A stretch of DNA of 61,668 bases, counting the filler, from Dimargaris cristalligena (Eukaryota), in assembly GCA_003614675.1 (NCBI GenBank). It is 4 parts of 4 records of this genome, joined end to end, with 100 filler letters (N's around TTAATTAATTAA, not from the genome) between each part and the next. Parts side by side here need not be neighbours in the genome. Positions count along the whole stretch, not along the records: positions 15,484 to 30,852 come from ML002894.1; positions 30,953 to 46,261 come from ML002896.1; 2 more parts are not named here. One strand, written 5' to 3'. A program made the translations under genes and the position numbers. How positions within the stretch are numbered: the first letter of the stretch is position 1; each line of letters opens with the position of its first letter. The notes beneath the pieces were generated by a model. It did not search any database and had not been told where the DNA came from. It was given only the letters and a program-made list of their open reading frames with translations. Shown piece by piece: positions 24,231 through 36,190 of this stretch.

Positions 24231-26477
24231 CCTACAGGGGGCAGAGCGGAGCGAAGGAGGCTAAAGGAGAGGGGCCAGAAAGCTGGGTCGGATAGATGGC
24301 GACGGGTGGGGACCAAGGACTAGCTAGAGAAAGGATAGCAAGCCGATAATAATAACAATAATAGGAATAGTGAGAGTAGGAATAATGATAATATAAAAGG
24401 GGAGCTAATAGCACCTAGGTACAGCGGTTACAAGGATATAAACTAAGTAACCGACAATAAGCATCCAGAGAAAGCAAACTGAGGCAGTAGATGAAGAAGG
24501 AAGGAGATTGAAGAGGAGTATAAGCTGGGCCAAAAGACCAGGTGTAAACAGAACACATGCGCATATAGCATACAGAGGGATCCAACAACACAGCGTCTTG
24601 GTAACCTTCGCCAGGGGAGAAGGGCTGCTCTGGCTGTTAATAACCACTACTACTACTTATGTTATACTATTATATTACCACGCGTGCCTGAAGGGGGGGA
24701 AGGGGAGAGGAGAGAAGAGAAGAGAAGGGAGGAGAGAAGAGGAGAGGAGAGGGAGCTGCTGTCTCTCGGGTGGAATTTCCTCCCCTACCCAAGTAAAGTA
24801 GACCTTCCGGTATGCCCAACTCCACTAACTACCTACCTAGTCGTACATGGCTCTAACAAACGGCGATAATCACCCAGCGAAATTCAGTGATTCTATCTTC
24901 CACGTCCCCCAAACATAGTGCCTACTTGCCCCATAGGTTTAGCACTACCGCTCTTGACCATTTTACTGTAAATGGCGCGCTTGGCAAGACCATGTTTTTC
25001 TGGAACTATACATTCAAGAAGCCCATAATAAACATGATGTAGTCCATGTTAATTCGGCTGCTTAACCAGAGCCTTGGGAGTGCATTTGGCGGTCGCACGG
25101 CCATTACACTTCCCGCTGGGCCACTGATACCCAAGATCACATGACTGTACCCCTTTCTCCTATCCTCCCTTAGTCTCGCTCGAGTTAGCCTAGGCCGATG
25201 CCGTCTCTCTGCACTCCCCCCACGGGACAAATCAGTCCGTTGTCGAAGGTATGCCAGGGGAGATCAGTAGTGCCACGCCATACATCGACCACCGCATATC
25301 CGCTCGATGGCTGGGAGGGGGGGAAGGTGGCATAAGAGACCGCGGCTGACCCACACCCCTGGGGCTGTACTTCAAGCGACGACCGGTTAGGGTTAGTTAG
25401 TAAGACAGGTAGGTAGGTGTAGGAAGAAGGGGTGGTAGAGGAAACATTGAAAAGTGATTTATTCGACTGGACAGGACAGGATCCAAGGGGCTTGGGCTCA
25501 ATATTGGCCGCGCCTATAATGCGGAATGAGATTGACCGGTGTTTCTCCTCAACAACGGCTGGGGGTGGCACATAGCTGCCATTCCCATCTTAATGAAAAA
25601 ATATATATATCCAAATCAACACCTTAACAGTGAACCCCAAGCCATAATTGTCATGATTGCCGCTTGGTTTATGAATTTCATGAGTGTGTCAACTCAGGGA
25701 TGAAACCCCCATTTTTGCCTACCAGATCCTATTTTATATACGGATTTTGTGATTATATGTCTATCCGATTGCCCTGGAGGGCTATATTTAACTTCGATCC
25801 TTTAGGGATATTCCTATGCCCAAAAAGAATAAGACGGTCTATTATATATACGCGAGGTGCAATCACGCCCCTAGTGTCAACAAGGGATTATCTACTTTTA
25901 CCTACCTCTGCGTACGTCAAATATGATATGCACATATTTAGGGACTACTCCCAAGTGCAGCTGATTAAATTTGACGTATGTGAGAGGCCCTCTCCTCCTC
26001 CCTCGCTTTCCCAGCCTTCCAAAGAGAGATGCAGACACCCCCAATCACCGCCCCCCGCGGTATCATAAGCAATAGGCCTGTCTTGGTGACCAATGACAAC
26101 CAGTTGCCATGGAAGTGCTTTCGTGGTTATATTGGATATTAGTATTACTTAAGTGAGGAGACCAGGCACATGTTGAAGAAGAAGAGAGAAAAAAAGTGCC
26201 ATAATGTGTATATATAAAAAAAAAAAGCCGTCAGAAAAAAATCCACCGGATTCGTGCGCTGTCGCACTTGTTATCGAGTATAGATGGAAAGTACATTGGG
26301 CCACGCCCCAACCGTACATGTTGCCACTGTGAGTCCACCCACCCACTCATTCCCTCACTCGCAGGCCTTTGCAATAGATCGTTTAATAAATAAAAAAGAA
26401 ATCCGATTTTATTCATAGTGCATATGTGTGGATTCATAGCATTTCCACCGCCATTGGGCGTCTACTCTACGCAGTCG

Positions 26478-27212
26478 TTAATTTCCGGGGGTTTGGTTTC
26501 CCACTAGAGGCATTATGTTGGACGCAGGTCTTGGCATAGAGGGCGCCGCCCCATTCACTTTTCCGGTGCAGCCGTGCTGGTGGGCTGTTTGTTCGCATTT
26601 CTTAGAAAATGCTGCGGGACACCGCCGGCAACGGTAGGGCGGCGTCGTTTTAGCTGGCTGCCAATGCGCTGTCAACCGGCACTTGTGTTTATAGCTTTTG
26701 GTACATACATCACAGCGAAACTGGTAATGGGTACAGTCCAATTGCAAATGCTGGTCATATCGCTTCCGGCTAGCGAATATTTGCCGGCAAGTGGCACATT
26801 TAAGGAGCTGCGCGCACTCACCCGACTCCCGGTGACCCGCCAGACTATGGCCGTTACCAAATACTTTTTGGCAGTCGGGGCAGGGTTCCGAAACATGTTG
26901 CCAATAGAGGTGGCCCTGTAACAACTCGGCATGGGTGAAAAGGGCCCCACAATCCGGGCATGGTAAGTCGGCCTCGCCAGGCATGCTGGAGCTTTCCCTA
27001 GACAGCTTGGTCGTTACACTGCAATCTTCAGTGGGTGCGTTCACTGGGCCTCGAGTTTCGCCCAGAGCATGGCTAATAGAGGGCGGCGATAGAGAACTGA
27101 GCTCCTGATCGGCCACCAGATTTGGCAATGTCGGTTGGGCATGAGCATTGTGATAATTGGTTACTAATGATATAATAAAAAGAGATGCGAGTCTAAAGGG
27201 TCGATTCATCAT
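26478..27212 (-). CDS. Signal-peptide protein with five tandem C2H2/C2HC-type zinc fingers (244 aa)
   Basis: N-terminus MMNRPFR-LASLFIISLV-TNYHNAHA/QPT. Five CX2CX12H units (CPDC, CPDC, CATC, CDVC, CRRC), each with F/Y at the canonical position. Confidence 0.85.
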   Translation of the reverse strand: MMNRPFRLASLFIISLVTNYHNAHAQPTLPNLVADQELSSLSPPSISHALGETRGPVNAPTEDCSVTTKLSRESSSMPGEADLPCPDCGALFTHAELLQGHLYWQHVSEPCPDCQKVFGNGHSLAGHRESGECAQLLKCATCRQIFASRKRYDQHLQLDCTHYQFRCDVCTKSYKHKCRLTAHWQPAKTTPPYRCRRCPAAFSKKCEQTAHQHGCTGKVNGAAPSMPRPASNIMPLVGNQTPGN

Positions 27213-28524
27213 GATTATGGTGACCTATTTCCGTAGTCTGTACAATCTAGAAGCAGTTGGATGGAAAACGATAGTAGAAAAAAAATAAATGAAGTGCCTA
27301 CAGGCGGTATATGAGGGTATGCTTAGGACTGGTATTATTGGTATGGTGCCTAAGCGGGTAGAGGCTGTGTGGTCTTCGAGAGGATAACTAGATACGGTTC
27401 CTCAAGGCGGGGAGTAGCAATGTTTAAATACAAAATGAAGATGCTGCCCTGGGCTAATGCCTCACTTGTAATTTATTGATTTATGGTGGGGAGGCAGGTC
27501 CACATCTCTTTTTAAAACACCATTAAGCCCTATTCGATGCAAAGGGATGGTGTCGCCTCTGGTTTACCTCCAGTGCTACGTTAAATAATGACCATGGACT
27601 GAGAGGGCGGAATCTGCCGTAGGACACGGGCTGAGCGTGTAACGCCCTAACGTACGAGGCAGAGCAAATGGTTTTTGGCGGCGGGCCCAGTCAGTATAAG
27701 TAGCGAGTATTAAGGCCAGGCTGCTTTTAGGCGTGTTGGGCTAAATGGACTTATGGCGCAAATCGCGGAATATCCACTATGCCTCCTTGCCCGAGTACCA
27801 TTTATTCAGAGATCTTGAGCAAGGAGTGTTGAAACAAAACGAGTGGTGGTCTATAATAGAAAAATATCAGATACCCACTGTGGATTGCCTCATATAATTA
27901 TAAGGACATGCCTGTCATACTATATATGGCTTATCCAAGAAGGCTGGCAGTTCCCAATACATTAACTAAAAGGCTATGTCCAATTTTCCCCCATTGGGTA
28001 AATTAGCCAAATATCTTAAAGCTGGTGGCGCCCCCCCCCCTCGCTAATAGCCAATGCCCACCACCAGTGTGGGGGGTATTTCGTATACTTCGGCTAGCCC
28101 ATTATTGCACCCAAGTGGGCTGCCTGGTTCTTGTCATACCCCTGTTTCCCCTTATACACTCCTACCGGCTTGGTTTATAGTCCATGCTAAGCCAGTTGTG
28201 GACCGATGCCACCCGCTCACTCTTTCGGAGCCCCCGATTTGGTAGCTCAGTGGGGAGTTGCTGAAGGGTCATTTTGCATTGAGTAGAGGAATATTCTCCG
28301 AATACAAACCCCGCCTATTCATAGATAGTTTCTTACCATAGATTGGTTGTACTCGATTTATCTGATTCTATGGTGCCTCCTATTATAGAAGCACCCGGCA
28401 TATTTTTACATCATCCGCTTTTCGCTGCAACGGGGGCCAGGAGGTGCTAAGTAACTGGGAAATTTCAAGGGGGTGGGATTTCAGGCTCAATGGTGGTTAG
28501 CAGCTGGGAAACGATATTAGTTAC

Positions 28525-28670
28525 ATATGGGAGAAATTCATTCAGGCTGTATAATGAAGAATCCATTGGATGAGGCCAATATTATTGGTTAAAAGGTATT
28601 CTCACATATATATTCACCCATACATGTATTATGTAAAACCTTATACAGCTAGTTTGAATTTCACCCATAT
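28525..28670 (-). mobile_element. MITE copy 3 (inverted), ATAT at both ends
   Basis: atatgggagaaattca...tgaatttcacccatat, the reverse-complement homolog of 4628-4771. Confidence 0.8.
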
Positions 28671-29046
28671 CCTTTAGGCAGTCCATCTCCACAGGATACG
28701 AATTGATTTCCACTGCTAAAAGAGTAAATTTATTGACAACCCGTAAAGAAATATAAAATTAGACAGTATACTGAATCAAAGAGTAAAAGGCGATATCCTA
28801 TATCGGTTTAGAACAAATCAGCTAAAAGACCAGGGGATCCCTGTCTGAGTGACTGTGTCTCCGGGATACGAATGGGTGACCAGGGGGAAGCAGTCAAGTG
28901 GCTTAACAAGTCGGTTGAGCCGAACAAACCCATATTTCAGTAGCGGACGGTGTGACCAATGTCATTGTAAAAAGCTGCTAACCGATGCTGCCAACTTGGG
29001 ACATACAGGGGGTTGAGAGGGTTCGAAGTGCAGGAATCCATTAAAA

Positions 29047-30852
29047 CTAATTGGCCATAGCCCGGAGCGTAGTGTTCGTGATAGGCGATTGAAGGATACT
29101 TGAGTGATAATGCGCGGCCATAAGCCACTGGTCCATTAGCTCGTTGCTTAAACCTTGATCTAAGAAAGCCGAGTCGGGAAGAGGGGGATTTTGGGGCAGG
29201 ATGGAACGGAGGGTGAGAAAGGAAACGGATGTTTTCAATTGACCATCTTCGCCCACGGTTCTATTAATAAATAATTGAGGGTTCAAACTCCATTTATCAT
29301 CGCAGACATCTTCTTTGCAAAATATCATGGTAGTTTCACTCTGGCACTCTCTCTCTAAAGTTTCGACAGCCTTTTTGAAGCCCAGAGCTCGGGCACAGTT
29401 GTATAACTTCTTTTTATCCCCGGAGGTATAAAGGTATTCAGGTAAGATTCGCTCTTTGCTTTTGGCCCAGGGTGATTCTAAATATCCCAACTCCATGGCC
29501 ACTAAATCAAGGAACGTACACATATAACTACTAAATCTCCATTTAACATTGAGTTCGGCGATATAGTCTTGTAGTAAATGGCTTCCTTGTTGGACCAATG
29601 CTCCGATGATTAGAGAAATTGAGTATATAGTGGTCATTTGACGCATAGCATACTGTTCCATTTCACGCCCGTCTCCGGGGGCCAGTCAGGATTGAAGATA
29701 AGCTGCCAAATGGAACCATGGTCGAGAGATTGTCCGTTAGTGATGTAATTTCCATAATCATGTCATTAAGATTTCGGAGTTGTTTAGCATCACTGTGGAG
29801 GGCTATCTTGACTAATGGGAACAAATCCATCAGTTGCGCCGAGTTCAACTCGTCGAGGCGCACGTAGCACCATTCGGAATAAACCCGTTCCAATTCGGTC
29901 TTGAACTCTGGATTACTCAAAAGTCCTATTTCGGGAGCCAGATCATTGTCCCAGCGTACTTCGAGTTCCTGTTCATCGTCCCAGTGTAGGTCGTTAGTAT
30001 AATGTGCCGCCTCAACTTCCGTAAATTGGGTACTATTGACGACAATATATCTTTCCAAATCGTTATCAAAAGCGTATTTTTCTCCTGTTGGTGAGATACT
30101 GATTTCATGGAGGTAGCCATACGCCAAATAGAATAAGGCAGAGGTCAGTTCGACCCTTAGAAGCTTCTTTATATGATCGGCACTCCATTCTAACTTGGAG
30201 TATGGCTGAAATTTGTCTAGTTGATCCATAATCTCTTTGTATTTCTAGGTAGGCGAGACAGGCGTTGGGGAAAAAATATAACTAAGTTAGAGATAATCTG
30301 TATTGTCGATATGTGAAGGTCATATGATTGGCCTAATGTAATGAACACGATATGGCAATATGCCGAGAAGTGTTGCTCTTAGTGTTGTCGAAGGAGCCTA
30401 GGGAGCGTATTCCTGAAAACTTTCGGCCCAATTAAGATTAGATTGGCTAGGTCACTTACATTGGCTAGTCTTCTATATTCTGGTTTGGAGTTGACCAGTG
30501 CCTGATTATATTTAGATGTTTGGGCTAATTGACCCAAGCCACGCGCAGGTAGGTAGTTGGTTACAATCCCAAGAATTTCCGGGGGGAAATCTATAGTCTT
30601 CCTCCCTGTTCTTTCCTTAGGTTGGGTATGGTCGTCAGTGGTGGTTTCCTGTTCACCGAACGCTGTATTTTGCTGAAACCGGGTGTTGTCGCCCATTAAG
30701 ACCGCATCCATCATCTCGTCGGGCTGGGACGGAGACATCGATGACCACTCGTTCGAGGCTTGCGAAGCATAATTGGCATGGCCAGGGGCGCTAGGGTGAC
30801 CGGAAACCATGGCACAGTGGGCCAAAAGCATACCCACCAAGGTAACGGAGTA
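29047..30852 (-). CDS. Signal-peptide + F-box-like protein; 5' end cut by the contig edge; intron 30245..30459; frame break near 29677-29681 (possible pseudogene)
   Basis: Partial signal peptide ...YSVTLVGMLLAHCAMVSG/HP and F-box-like IDFPPEILGIVTNYLPARGLGQLAQTSKYNQALV. A GTAAGT..CTAG intron joins RRLAN to KYKEIMDQ in frame. The downstream ORF 29047-29661 starts immediately after the TGA in a shifted frame. Confidence 0.7.
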
Positions 30853-30952
30853 NNNNNNNNNNNNNNNNNNNNNNNNNNNNNNNNNNNNNNNNNNNNTTAA
30901 TTAATTAANNNNNNNNNNNNNNNNNNNNNNNNNNNNNNNNNNNNNNNNNNNN
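30853..30952. other. Artificial contig spacer
   Basis: N44-TTAATTAATTAA-N44. Confidence 0.97.
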
Positions 30953-31635
30953 TGACTAGGATGGGGAGGGTGAAAATAAGAGGGAACAGCTGGACGAATA
31001 GGGTGCAGGAAACCTGGGCGGTTAACTGTAGAACAATTATTTTTGGGGCCTTTATGGGTAGTTTTAGACCAAGCGCCAGTGCAAGTCGCAAACCCTATAT
31101 GAATGGCGACGCTACAGGAGGGCTACTAAACAGCAGTTCATTAAGCTATCGGGTATGCCACTTCTACTATTGATTGTGGCTATGCCTACTCTATTTTATA
31201 CATCCCAAGTGCTTCTTCGGGGATAGGTGCGCGGGCTATGACATTCGCCAGACTAACATTGGCTGGCCTTTACCGATGTACCGACGTTACCACTTTTGAC
31301 CGAAATCCCCATCGACTCCAGTATTTTAGCATCGTGACAATAAAAGAGGTACGGCTTAAATACTATTAGAATAACCTTATAAGCCAACTTTTTCTAACGG
31401 AAAAAGTTAGCGAGGGAAACCTTGCTATCCGCAATTCCTTCAAATTTTAATGGCGGCTTAATGAGGCCAGTATACCTCTACTTCCCCTCTGACGTAGCCC
31501 GCTGTTTCCTTACTTGCATAGCTCCGTAGATTGAGCAGATGTCCACTAAAGCTTTGTGTATTGGGTAATCGCAGCTACCGGGGCACCCCTTTGTTCACTG
31601 GCATATTGGAGACTCCGGCTTATGAATTTTCCACA

Positions 31636-31756
31636 TATATAAGGGTTTGCACTATATGTGTATGGGAGAATATATGGGAAATGTATTTTTAACTAGTAAT
31701 AGTGGCCGAATCTAATGGGTTTTTCGTTATACAGCTTGGATGAACTTCTCCCATAT
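31636..31756 (+). mobile_element. MITE copy 4 (left TIR mostly missing)
   Basis: tatataagggtttgcactatatgtgtatgggagaatatatggg...ttatacagcttggatgaacttctcccatat, nearly identical to copy 1. Confidence 0.8.
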
Positions 31757-32575
31757 TTCATTGAACTTACCATTGTTGTTGTTTTTTTGGATATTTTGGA
31801 ATACCCTTTCAAAAGTTTTAAACACCCAGTTTTCCAAGTATGATTTATACGACAAGAATCCTATTGTGGCGCTAAATGATTACCGATTACTGGTCACATC
31901 TCAAACGAGTATCCAGTCAATAGTACCGCCATCATGTACATTATCTCAATAGCCTACAGGCGAATACTATCCTGGTCTCCAGTATAATGCACCTGCATTG
32001 GACTACTAAGTTAGGGCTGGGCGAAACTCCGCTATAATGTCGCCCCCCCTGTACAAAGGTCAGCTAGGGGGAGGGGGGGTTGGATGATGAGCAATCGCCT
32101 CGAACGGCAAAATTATCAAAAAATTGGCCAATCTCCCGGAGCTGTCCGTTACATCCATGGACCTCGGCTCTCTCTGGGAACCCCTCGGGCCAATGGGCTG
32201 CTTCAAGCTCCCTTCCCCTCAGTCTAAAAATGGATGCCGGTGAAAACTATTCGACCGTTAATCGAGTGCCCCGTCCCTGCTATCTGGGCCCCCAGTGCAC
32301 TTAAGTTTTGCCGACTCGAGTACCCCCACAGGTGAATATATTACCCCGCTGCAGGTTGAAACCCACGACACACACACATACCTTACTTGACGTATATTAA
32401 AAATGCCGCAGGGTAGGGAAATGTATGTATCTCTCTATAAATATGCGCATACCCATCCTTGCTTATCAACAAACCCATGCTCCACCTATCGCCCAGTCGT
32501 TCATATATAGATTTTGCCTCGCGATATACTTTTTTGACCTTACCTCGTACTTAGCAACTCGGCCTCCCGTCAACT

Positions 32576-34541
32576 ATGCGCGCCGCTTTAATTTGGGTAA
32601 GTGGGCTATCCAGTGTCTTGAATAATCAAGCTGGGGGGTTCAGTTTGCCATATTTCATCCGCAACTGCGACTCCCCACACATCATATCAGTGAGGATAAA
32701 ATATGCTGCACGGCCATAAGGCTTTATTGTCAAACACTAGGTATCTGACCCCGAATGCCCATGATATTATATACTGTATTTTGTAAATTACCCCAGTCCA
32801 CGGCCACGGTTTTAGCCAGTGGATGGGCTGTCGAAGTCAATACGCTGCCCTATTCCCCCAATGAAACCCAGGCACAATCAAGTTGGTTCTCTAAGCCATT
32901 TTTTTCTTGGGGGGAAAACGCACCATCCCCTGCCAGTGAAAACCAGTTTAGTAGGGAGGTTGAAGCTAGTGTGACATTGGATGAACAGTATAATGACGGG
33001 GCCACCTGCGATCTCACCAAATTTGCGAAGGAGTGGGCCAAGCGTGAAGATGTCCCGGCCAAAGAAGTTGAACACTACAAACTTCTTCGCAAGTAAGTTG
33101 TCCTGTACATATTTCCATGATTCGATATCTATCGGCTAGCTCAGTCAGATTTTATTTTACCAGGGCACGCCGATTGGCGGTGTCTTCCTTATACTGTCTA
33201 TTACCACCTCTCCCAAATAGGGAAGCCAATATGACCGTATGTACCAGTTTGTAATAGAATGGCAACCTATCCAACCGCTGTAACATTGGTCATTTCCAAT
33301 ACATTTTTTTGATTGCCTTGATATGTTTTGCCCTCACACGTTAGTTACGCATTTGCTGCCTACCAATCCCTAAGCACCATGGCCGAGGAAGTTGAGAAGG
33401 ACCACTTTATAAAGACCGACTCCGTGAATATATTTGAAAGCCTTTCAACGGCTGCTTGTCACGGGTTCGTTGCTGAAGACAGTACGGGCGAAAATATTTA
33501 TGTTTCATTCCGCGGTTCCACCCCCGAAGCCAAGGTTACGTTTTTTTACGATGCCATGGGCTGGTCAACTGCTTGGCCGGGCTACGAATATATTTCGGTT
33601 CACAAGGGGTTTCTCTCGGTCTACAGTCAGTGTATCGAATCCTATACTGCGGCTCTCGACAAGGCAATGGCGAACTCCAAAGCAAAAACCATTTACTTTT
33701 TAGGGCATTCCCTCGGCGGTGGTAAGTGATTATGATTGTCGCTATTCAATTAATTTCCAAACGCCATAAATTCTCGAGCCTCTCTACCCCCCCCCCCATG
33801 TCTGGTCCCAGTATACAAGTGGCCACATCCACGACTTAAAATGCATTATATTGGCGAATTTAGGGTGAATATAGCACTCTCCATGTTTAGTAATACATCT
33901 CCTCCCTGGCCATGTCTAATCATTAACCCTATTTATTTATTTTTGGAAATTTGCACGACTCTTTTGTTTTTACTGTCACAGCCGTCGCTAATCTGGCTGC
34001 CTTTGACTACGCGTCCGTATACAAAGGCAAGAAAACCCTGCCTCCTCGTCTGGTAACCTTTGGAAGCCCACCGGTCGGTAACAGGGAATTTGTGAAACAG
34101 TACAATAGTCGACTAATTCCAAGTACCCTAGTGACCTCTGGGTTCGACCTGGTTCCGAATGTCCACCTAATGGGCACCTATTTCCACGTTAAAAAGGAAA
34201 TCTACATTCTTCCAGGTGGGAAACGCACCATCCAGTGCATTTATGACGACGTACTGTTCGCCAACGATCCGAATTGCTCTCCTGACCTGTCCATGATGAA
34301 TTGTAGCATCGCGGACCACAGCAACTATTGGGGATTGATTGATTTTACTCCCACCATCCTTAAAATATCCGAGAGCTCAGACCCTAGATTGAAGGGCACT
34401 CTGGTTAAGCAACCCACAGATGCCCAGTTAGAAGTTCTAGAGTCGATAGGCAATGTCGTGGAGCTCAATGATAAAACTCTGGAATCGGTAGTTGGTGTTC
34501 CTGAGGAGTCGTCCGACATCGAGTACTACGTGACAAGTTAG
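32576..34541 (+). CDS. Class 3 triacylglycerol lipase, probably secreted, ~5 exons (32576-32596, 32797-33092, 33164-~33236/33250, ~33345-33721, 33982-34541)
   Basis: YVSFRGS, VHKGF, spliced nucleophile motif GHSLGG/AVANLAA, VTFGSPPVGN, DLVP and DHSNY; N-terminus MRAALIW/STATVLASGWA. The exon 3/4 junction is uncertain. Confidence 0.88.
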
Positions 34542-36190
34542 ATGGACACGAGTGTCGGGAATTTGTCCTCAGTAATACGGAGATGTCATTTACAACAAGT
34601 CAGCCCACGATAGTTTAGGCCGACATAGCTCATTAAGGTATACTAGTGGTTTATGAGTGGTTTATTAGAAATTAGTAAATAAATTAATGATTAGATTTTA
34701 GTTGCGCATTTATTGTGACTTGCAGCCGACGGTCTTGCAATGGGGTAATTGAATTATTGTACTAATACCAACCACAGCAATACCAATGCCATATGTGTGG
34801 TATCAAGACTTAGGGGGGGGGGAAGGAAGAATCCGGAATTTTACTTGCGGGTTGGAGAAAATCCGGTTTCGGCAGGGAGTTTGGTCCAAGTAACCATTCA
34901 ATAAGATATTACCGTCGACGTAAAATGTGCGCCTGGCGGTGAGTCAAACTTTGGACTAACAAATCAAAACATGTCAATTAATTTGAAATGGGCATCTATT
35001 TGTTTATAAAAAAAACTCAATTAGATCTTTCGATTCGAGTGTATTATGAACTAGGATTTAAGATGTCAGGCTTGACTAAATCGTCGTCGTCATTGAAAAT
35101 ATACTGTAAATATAGTAAAATGTAAGCAATCTTAAAAACAATCACCGATGCCACTCCAATAAGATACATCAATAAATGGCTACAAACGAGGGAAAATGAT
35201 ATATAAATTTATATCATTGTTAATACAGTGAGGATTCTTTAATTGGGAGACGGGATATAGACACGGGTGCAATGCGATGATAATCGATAGGTGTGCCCCT
35301 TATTCGGTGAAGTATATAAGTGTAGGACCCCCCATATACTCCGACAGTAAGTGTTCTAGTAAATGACCGGGCAGCAATAGAGATCCTCCATTCACAACCC
35401 CATCATGGAGTACACTTAATGACCCACCAATGTGGCAAGTAGAAGCCCGAGGTTAAATTAACGAACCCATCTCTAGCCGACATCCACTAGTGGATAGCAG
35501 CTCTTATTATAGCACACGTAGGCCACAGGGACCTGCGGGGATAGGTCGAACTTGATTAAGTCCGAAAAAAATGGAAATTACAGTCTGCTTCACCGCGCCC
35601 GCATTTCAGCCAGGGAATACCGTTGGTGCAGGATACGGTAGGGTCGGAACCCAGGCCGTCTATGCCCATATTATGTTCACTAAAAGCATACTTAAACTAC
35701 AGGGTGATGTCGCTGGGCCAGTGGTTACAACAGGTAAATATAGACATTCGGGACATAGCGCAACCGCTTAATTTGAAATGGCTGTGTGCTTCGAGTATAT
35801 ACGAGACAGACAGTCCCTAACAGTCTAATGTATAGGTAGTCAGACTGGGCTGACGATGCATTTTTAATAAACAAGTCCCGTTCTGCAATTTTATAATAAT
35901 CGCACACCATAGAAGATATAGTTATTCGCTTCCCGCTTCAATATTCTTCGAACCCGTTATTTACCGGGCATATATTGTCTAACATAGTCAAAGCTGTCTA
36001 CTTGAAAAGGCAGAATCAGTCCTAATCATTTCAATAATCCATTGCTTTGGAATAGACATAGTTCGTCAAGAAAATAGAGTGTCAATTTATTGAGCTTCAC
36101 CCCTCCTCACCCCACCAATCATGTTCGTTATTATATAATGGGGGTACTTTTTTTTTAAAAAAAAGGCGAAACTAGTGCCAAAGGCCGTAT

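Noticed and set aside
24690..24755. GA-rich purine tract upstream of STE20
   Set aside because: An ordinary CT-rich promoter/5' UTR tract on the coding strand.
29663..29665. TGA as a selenocysteine or readthrough codon
   Set aside because: Readthrough in the same frame ends at a TAA about 35 codons later; the long continuation is in another frame.
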